Positions 16,769 through 22,657 of a stretch of 25,326 bases of DNA are shown in pieces. The position numbers and the translations under genes were made by a program. The notes below the pieces were generated by a model that was given only the letters and a program-made list of their open reading frames with translations, ran no database searches and had not been told where the DNA came from. Every line of letters starts with the position of its first letter. The first letter of the stretch is position 1. The stretch comes from Planctomycetota bacterium (lineage in GTDB: Bacteria; Planctomycetota; UBA1135; GCA-002686595): positions 1,119 through 26,444 of the forward strand of contig JARGOW010000001.1 of NCBI GenBank assembly GCA_029212955.1, in the 5' to 3' direction.

Positions 16769-16842
16769 CCAGGCGTTGGGCACCAGCCGGGCCCCGTACT
16801 TCCCTTTAGGTCCCGTTCCAATGCGGTGTCCAGGCGTTGGGC
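16769..16842 (+). repeat. 13-bp perfect direct repeat upstream of xseA
   Basis: CCAGGCGTTGGGC at 16769-16781 and 16830-16842; function unknown. Confidence 0.5.
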
Positions 16843-16894
16843 GATGGCACTTTGAGCCGGGGCGAGGTGGATCCTGCTCCCAAGGAGGGATACC

Positions 16895-18349
16895 GTGGGG
16901 GCTATGAGTCTGTTCGACACGCCCGACAATACCCCGAACCCTGGCAGCCAGGCCTCGGGATCCGGGCGTCGCCCATCCCGAGCAACGGCTCGACCCGATG
17001 CCGCCAAAGCCCAGGGGCCCGAGATCCTCGGCGTCGGTGAATTGACCGGGCGAATCGCGGGAAGCTTGAGCCGCTTGGGAAGGCTTTCTGTGGAAGGGGA
17101 AGTGGGCGCTCCGAAGCGTGCCGGGTCAGGGCACGTTTACTTTACCTTGAAGGATTCGAAGGCCAGTTTGGCCTGCGCCATTTGGCGCAGCCGGGTCGCG
17201 TCGGGTTTGCGCTTCGCTTTGGAGGAAGGCCAACAGGTCGTGGTCCATGGAAAGCTCGATGTGTACGCGCCGCGGGGATCCTATTCGCTGATCGTAGAGC
17301 GGGTCGAACGCCGGGGGATGGGGGAGTTGCTCGCGAATCTGGAGCGCTTGAAGCAGGAGCTGTACCAGCGTGGTTGGTTTGATCGGGCACGACCCTTGCC
17401 CGTGCGGCCCCGCTGCATCGGATTGGTCACCAGTCGGGACGCGGACGCCCTGCGAGACTTCCTGCGAACACGCAGCCTGCGGTGGTCGGGCTATCCGGTC
17501 CGGTTTGTGCACACCCGCGTTCAAGGCCCCGGTGCATCCCAAGAGATTGCCCAAGCCATCGCGCGTTTGGACGATGGTCAGGTGGATGTGATCTGCGTGG
17601 TACGCGGTGGCGGATCCCTGGAGGATTTGTGGGCCTTCAATGAGTTGCCCGTAGCCCAAGCGGTATGGAATTGCTCGGTTCCGGTCGTGTCGGGCGTGGG
17701 TCATGAAAGCGACACCACGCTGATCGATCACGTGAGCGACCATCGGGCCCACACCCCAACCAATGCCGGCGAAAGTGTGATCCCGGACAGGGACGTTCTC
17801 ATGGACCGGCTGGAGCGGGCCAGCGCTTACATGGAGTCCGCCATGCAACGCCACCTACGGCAACGCGAGACCACCTTGGACAGGCTGGCCGCAAGGCCCA
17901 GCTTGGCCAGCGCATCGGGTTTCTTGCAAGCCCCGCTGGAAGCGCTGGATCGATTGTCCGCCAGGCTCCAGCGCGGAGCCCTATCCCACGGACAGGAAGC
18001 GGCCAAGCGATTGGAGCGGTTGGCCACGGGGTTGGAGCGCCAGAGCCCGGCGGCGCGATTGTCCGCATTGGAGGCCCGGCTGAATGCGCAAGCTCCCCGG
18101 CTGGACCGGGCAATGCAAGTTTCCTTGGACCAGCGCGGTTCCAAACTTCAGGAGTTGGAGCGTTGCTTGACGGCCATTTCGCCCTTGGGTGTATTGGAGC
18201 GGGGATATTCGATCGTGCAGACTTCGGAGGGGGTTGTGCGCAGTGGAGCGGAGCTGAAAGCGGGCCAGCAAGTGGACATCACTTTTGCGAGGGGCAAGGC
18301 CGCCGCGCGCATCGAATCTGTGGATACAAACACGGGGGATGCCCAGTGA
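16895..18349 (+). CDS. xseA: Exodeoxyribonuclease VII large subunit
   Basis: OB-fold EGEV...SGHVYFTLKD and YAPRGSYSLIV; catalytic RGGGSLEDLWAFN and SGVGHESDTTLID; C-terminal SPLGVLERGYSIV. SD AAGGAGG (16882-16888) 6 nt before GTG 16895; ATG 16904 is the alternative start. Confidence 0.96.
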   Translation: MGAMSLFDTPDNTPNPGSQASGSGRRPSRATARPDAAKAQGPEILGVGELTGRIAGSLSRLGRLSVEGEVGAPKRAGSGHVYFTLKDSKASLACAIWRSRVASGLRFALEEGQQVVVHGKLDVYAPRGSYSLIVERVERRGMGELLANLERLKQELYQRGWFDRARPLPVRPRCIGLVTSRDADALRDFLRTRSLRWSGYPVRFVHTRVQGPGASQEIAQAIARLDDGQVDVICVVRGGGSLEDLWAFNELPVAQAVWNCSVPVVSGVGHESDTTLIDHVSDHRAHTPTNAGESVIPDRDVLMDRLERASAYMESAMQRHLRQRETTLDRLAARPSLASASGFLQAPLEALDRLSARLQRGALSHGQEAAKRLERLATGLERQSPAARLSALEARLNAQAPRLDRAMQVSLDQRGSKLQELERCLTAISPLGVLERGYSIVQTSEGVVRSGAELKAGQQVDITFARGKAAARIESVDTNTGDAQ

Positions 18350-19287
18350 GTTTGGCAGCTTCCCAGCAGGTGTACGCCGTCGTGATCAATTGGAACGGCG
18401 GGGACCAAAACCTGACCTGTCTGCGTGCTTTGGTCGGCGGCGGTTTCGACGCGCAACACGTGGTGTTCGTGGACAATGCATCGGTGGATGGGTCCAGTCA
18501 GTTGGCCATGAAGCGCTTTTCCGGCATGGAGTACATTCGCAATCCCAGCAATCTGGGGTTTGCGGAGGCGGCCAATCAGGGAGCGGAGCGGGCCCTTTCT
18601 TTGGGAGCGCGCTGGGTGTTCTTCATCAACAACGATTTGGAGTTGGCACCGCGGGCCCTGCAAGTGATGTTGCAAAAGGCCTCGGTCGACAAGCGCATCG
18701 CAGCCCTTTCACCCCGCATTTTAATGCCGGGCAATCCACCGCGGATTTGGGCGGCCGCCATGCGCGAACGCTTTGGGCCCAACGTGGTTCAGCTGATCGG
18801 ACATCGCAAACCCGATGGGCCGGAATTCCAGACCACCAAGGAGGTGTCGCACCTGACCGGTGCCGCCCTTTTGGTTCGTAGCGAGGCCCTCCGCGATGTG
18901 GGCCTTTTTGAGCCCTCCTACTTCGCATATATGGAAGATGTGGATCTATGCGCGCGCTTGGGTGCAGCCCACTGGAAAATCTTGCACGTGGGCGAGGAAA
19001 GTGCCGTGCACGATGCGTCGGGATCCACAGGTGGGGGTTACAGCGCCCGGCGCAAGTACATGCTGGGTTTGAATACGGTCTTGTATCTGAAGCGCAATGG
19101 CCGTCTGCGCCATTGGTTCCGCTTCTTCGTGTGCGATTTTTTGGCCTGGCCTCTGGTTTTCGTGGCCTCCTTGCCAGCGGGCAATGGGCGCGGTGCCCTG
19201 GCCAAGGCCCTTGGCTTGTTCCACGGTTTCTTAGGCAAGCGTGTGCGCGCCAAGACCGTGGAGCCCGGCGGCTCCTGGCTCTGGTAG
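18346..19287 (+). CDS. Glycosyltransferase family 2 (WbbL/RfbF-like), GTG start overlapping the xseA stop
   Basis: VVINWNG, VDNASVDGS, NLGFAEAAN, FINND and YFAYMEDVDLC motifs; 4-nt GTGA overlap with xseA. Confidence 0.92.
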   Translation: MSLAASQQVYAVVINWNGGDQNLTCLRALVGGGFDAQHVVFVDNASVDGSSQLAMKRFSGMEYIRNPSNLGFAEAANQGAERALSLGARWVFFINNDLELAPRALQVMLQKASVDKRIAALSPRILMPGNPPRIWAAAMRERFGPNVVQLIGHRKPDGPEFQTTKEVSHLTGAALLVRSEALRDVGLFEPSYFAYMEDVDLCARLGAAHWKILHVGEESAVHDASGSTGGGYSARRKYMLGLNTVLYLKRNGRLRHWFRFFVCDFLAWPLVFVASLPAGNGRGALAKALGLFHGFLGKRVRAKTVEPGGSWLW

Positions 19288-19356
19288 CGACGGGGTTTGA
19301 ATCCGTGACGGGTGCTCGCCGATTCCAAGGATGAGGGAATCCCATCACGCTGGACT

Positions 19357-19794
19357 CTATTCGGAGGTGCTTTCCTTGGCGCGGCGTGAGATCTCATCGG
19401 AGTCGACGGCTTCCTTCTTGTTGGCCAACCACCATTGGTTGCCGAAGGGGTCTTTCAAGCCGCATGTGCGGTGCCCGTAGAATTGATCTTCGGGGTCCTG
19501 GAGCGATTCCGCGCCAGCTTCCATCACATGGGCGAAAGCCAGGTCCACATCGGGCACATACATGTATTGCATGGACTTTGTGGATCCTGTGTCGTCGCCC
19601 GCTCCACCCAGCATCAGGCGCGAATCGCCGATTTGCACCTCCGCGTGCATGATTGTTCCGTCGTCGCGCTTGAAACACTCCAGGGTCTCCGCTTGGAAGG
19701 CGAGCTCGAGGAAGTGAATGTATTCCTGCACATTCTGAACCAGGTAGTAAGAGGTGAGGGTGCTGTAACCTTCGGGAATGTGGTCGTAACTCAT
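19357..19794 (-). CDS. VOC (glyoxalase/bleomycin-resistance, PhnB-like) family protein, 145 aa
   Basis: IPEGYSTLTSYY, IMHAEVQIGDSRLML, LYVPDVD-like YMYVPDVD, DQFYGHR and DPFGNQW. SD AAGGAG 8 nt before ATG 19794. Confidence 0.9.
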   Translation of the reverse strand: MSYDHIPEGYSTLTSYYLVQNVQEYIHFLELAFQAETLECFKRDDGTIMHAEVQIGDSRLMLGGAGDDTGSTKSMQYMYVPDVDLAFAHVMEAGAESLQDPEDQFYGHRTCGLKDPFGNQWWLANKKEAVDSDEISRRAKESTSE

Positions 19795-19912
19795 GGTGGG
19801 GACTCCTTGTTCCAACCCCATACCATCATGGCATTCCGCAGAACGCAAGCGGGTTGCCGCGCAGGGTACAAAACCCATGCGCGGCACCCCTTTGGTTGCG
19901 TCTGCTACGGGC

Positions 19913-20542
19913 TCAATCCAAGGGGCCGATGGCCTCGATGAGCCCGGTCATTTCGTCATCGGAAAGGCTCTTGGAGTTTTCCTTGAGCGCGGCGATGAGT
20001 TCGGAAGGGTGCATATCCTTTCCCGCAACGATTTCGGGGGTCATGAGGGCTGCGCCCACTTGACCAGGCAAAACAAGGAATGCGCTGATCCGGGTTTGGC
20101 CCCCGAACTCGACCTCCTGGCCCAGGGCAACCCGCAGGGCACCCTTAGGAATGACTTCGCCGGATTGCTTGCACTTGGCGCGGCCGGAGGGATCGTGTTC
20201 CGCGTAGGGGATGACCTTGCGTTCCTTTTTCTTGGTCTCGGCCTCCTCCTGGAGTTTGCGCAGATCCTCCAAGTCCGGAAGGTCCTCGGGGGTTTCCTTC
20301 GCGTGCTGCCAGGCTTCGGCTGTGTAGGCTTCTTCCACCTTAGCCCATTGGCGTTTGGCGGCGCAGGTCAGGTGGTGCCACATGTATCCCGTTCCGAAGG
20401 GGCCTTCAACAAGGATGCCCAGTCGCAGAACGTCCTTGAGGATCGGCTTGCGGCAGGACTTGCACTTGGAGCGGGAGGAGCGGGCGCCCTCGATCATGTA
20501 GTCGGGCTGGATTTCTTCGGGTTCGTTGGGTTCGTCGGGCAT
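19913..20542 (-). CDS. Stand-alone tandem PARP-type zinc-finger protein
   Basis: aa 15-61 give the complete C27-x2-C30...H57-x2-C60 finger (EGARSSRSKCKSCRKPILKDVLRLG...WHHLTC). aa 113-162 are a second, degenerate copy (AEHDPSGRAKCKQSGEVIPKGALR). Confidence 0.88.
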   Translation of the reverse strand: MPDEPNEPEEIQPDYMIEGARSSRSKCKSCRKPILKDVLRLGILVEGPFGTGYMWHHLTCAAKRQWAKVEEAYTAEAWQHAKETPEDLPDLEDLRKLQEEAETKKKERKVIPYAEHDPSGRAKCKQSGEVIPKGALRVALGQEVEFGGQTRISAFLVLPGQVGAALMTPEIVAGKDMHPSELIAALKENSKSLSDDEMTGLIEAIGPLD

Positions 20543-20605
20543 TGTGGGAGCCGTAAGTCTGGGGGTGGGAAGAGCGAGATGCGGGTCGCATCCCGTTGGG
20601 AGGGT

Positions 20606-21853
20606 TTAGGCGATACCGCCGGGGATGAGGTCCGGAGCGTTGCGATCGATACGCTCCTGTAAATTCTGGAAGAGGCGATCGCGCTGGTCATAGAGCCGAT
20701 AGCCCGTTTCTTCACGTAGGTAGCCACGGGCTTCCGGGTGGCGCTCGAGCAGGGTTTCCATACCCATTTCCTCCGCCAGGCGAAGCAGTCTTGCGCGCTT
20801 GTCCAGGAGTGCCTTGGTCAGTAGGGGCATGACCATGGAATAGTCCGCCTGCATGGATTCGGTGGTTCGCTGGAAGGCGTCCTTGTCGACCTTGCCCCAG
20901 GTCACGGCTTCTGCGGGCGGGCACGAGGAAAGGGACCCGTCGGTCACCGGGGCGCTCGTGATCTGAATGTCATACAGGAAGCCTGCAATCTCGTCAAAGC
21001 CCAGGATTTGGCTTAGGGCGGGTTCGGGTTGCAGATTGAAGTTCTTGGGCACGCCGCCTCCAAGCACGAGGGTCCCAAGGGAGCCCACGGGGTTTTCACT
21101 TTGGCCCCACAGGTGGTAGGCGCAGGATTCCAGGACCTCGTGGTGGAGGTCTAACTCGAATCGGTAATCCAGGTGTTGTCCCCGGGCCAAGGCCCAAAGC
21201 TTGACCGAATTGAGGAACACGGATCCATCGGCGGGAGCGCCGACAAACACGGGGATCGCCTTGCGGTGGCAGAGTGCCATGAGTCCTTCGGGCACCTGAT
21301 TCTTGTGTTCCTGTGCCGCGTAGCATGCACCCAGCAGGTAGCGCATCTCGGGGCCCGCCATGCGCTTTTGGAATTCGGGCCGCAACAGGCAGCGGGTCAG
21401 GAATTCGTCCTGATCCAACAACACGTCCTCGTCGAATCCAATGTCGGTGCGGATGGTGCGGTCGTCGCGCAGGGCCCCGTCGTCGCCAAATATCGGGACC
21501 TCGTGGAAGGGGTGTTGGTCCGCGTTGTCCAGGGATCGGTGCCCATCGTGGTAGCAGACCGCGTCGGTGGTGGAAACCAGGCAGAACCAGCCCGTGTCGA
21601 GCAAGGGATTCAACCAGGCAAGGTGTTGGCCCGAAGCGGTCACAGGACCCGCCACGGCCAGGGTCATGGGGACGCTTCGACCGATCGCCTCATCCAGGAG
21701 CTTCCAAATGCGGCGTAGATAGGCACCGCCGAAGCTGGGAAAGCACGATTCCAAGAGGTGATCCAGGTGACGGACCTGATCCACGGGTTTGTGCTCGAGT
21801 GGGGAGGAAGTGGCCGGACAGGCCGCCCGCTGATCTTTGCGCGTGGGGGGCAT
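20606..21853 (-). CDS. Deoxyhypusine-synthase-family NAD-dependent aminobutyltransferase (homospermidine-synthase-like)
   Basis: CYHD, PADGS, LGGGVPKNF, QIT...DGSLSS.PP.EAVTWGK (catalytic Lys codon 20891-20893) and ADYS motifs. Confidence 0.9.
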   Translation of the reverse strand: MPPTRKDQRAACPATSSPLEHKPVDQVRHLDHLLESCFPSFGGAYLRRIWKLLDEAIGRSVPMTLAVAGPVTASGQHLAWLNPLLDTGWFCLVSTTDAVCYHDGHRSLDNADQHPFHEVPIFGDDGALRDDRTIRTDIGFDEDVLLDQDEFLTRCLLRPEFQKRMAGPEMRYLLGACYAAQEHKNQVPEGLMALCHRKAIPVFVGAPADGSVFLNSVKLWALARGQHLDYRFELDLHHEVLESCAYHLWGQSENPVGSLGTLVLGGGVPKNFNLQPEPALSQILGFDEIAGFLYDIQITSAPVTDGSLSSCPPAEAVTWGKVDKDAFQRTTESMQADYSMVMPLLTKALLDKRARLLRLAEEMGMETLLERHPEARGYLREETGYRLYDQRDRLFQNLQERIDRNAPDLIPGGIA

Positions 21854-22657
21854 GGGGGGAGTGTAGCGAGCCCATGGGGCAGATTCGGTACAAAATCGGG
21901 TCCTGGAGGACTCCAGGCGCTGAATTCGGGCCGTTTTCCGGGTGTGAGATGGATCCTAGGTGGCCCGGGGACGGGTGGGCGGCATGGGGCAAAACCCTTG
22001 GCCTGGCGCGGTTCGGGGGACGGGGGAGGCGACTGCGGGCCGACAATGGGCTGGATCGGGCATTCCCGGCTCCGATTGCACTTTCGGTGCCCTGGGCAGA
22101 ATGCGAGAAAGCGCCCCGGTAGAGAGCTCGGTCCCTTCGGATTGAGCATGGGTAGAGCGGGTGGGCTCTCGCTCCATCCACGGAAGGACAGGCTTTGGGC
22201 TTTTGATGGATGCCGTCATTTCATTAACAAGCATTTACGTGCTGAGCTTTGGAAGTTGCATTGTCGATCACCAGGGGCTTCTACATGGACCTTTTTGGGC
22301 CCACTGTTCGAAATCCTGGTTGACCTTTCAATTTGTTCAGAATAGCTGCGGGTCGATGGGCGGCATTTACGCTTCTTGGTTTGGAAGGCAATCGTTAGGA
22401 GTGTCCTGCGTGCAAGGTGCGCAGGTCCACCATCTTCGGGTGGGCACTCTGGGCTATTCGCCGCAAGTGAATCCAGCCAGCCGCCCTTTGCGAGCTCCAC
22501 CGGAGCCTGCTGGGAGGGCCCGTCGCCAACAGCTGGGTCCCAGTGACAAGAGATCCTTGGGTTTCTCGTTCTCGGACCGAGCCACCCGTTTCGGGTTTGG
22601 TCACGGGATGGATTCATGGCGCTGCCTCCTCCTCCTGCCAGTCCCAACAAAACTCCA

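Noticed and set aside
16845-16860. TGGCAC as a sigma54 -24 element
   Set aside because: The -12 TTGC is missing at the required spacing (TGGCAC-TTTGA-GCCG).
18163-18345. 61-aa N-terminal extension of the glycosyltransferase
   Set aside because: It lies inside xseA; the GTG at 18346 gives a normal GT2 N-terminus with a coupled GTGA overlap.
21985-22075. GGCAAAACCC...GGGGACG resemblance to a c-di-GMP-I riboswitch
   Set aside because: It lacks the GNRA-capped P1 loop and the GCAAAG junction. Only an Infernal search could rescue it; not supportable by eye.
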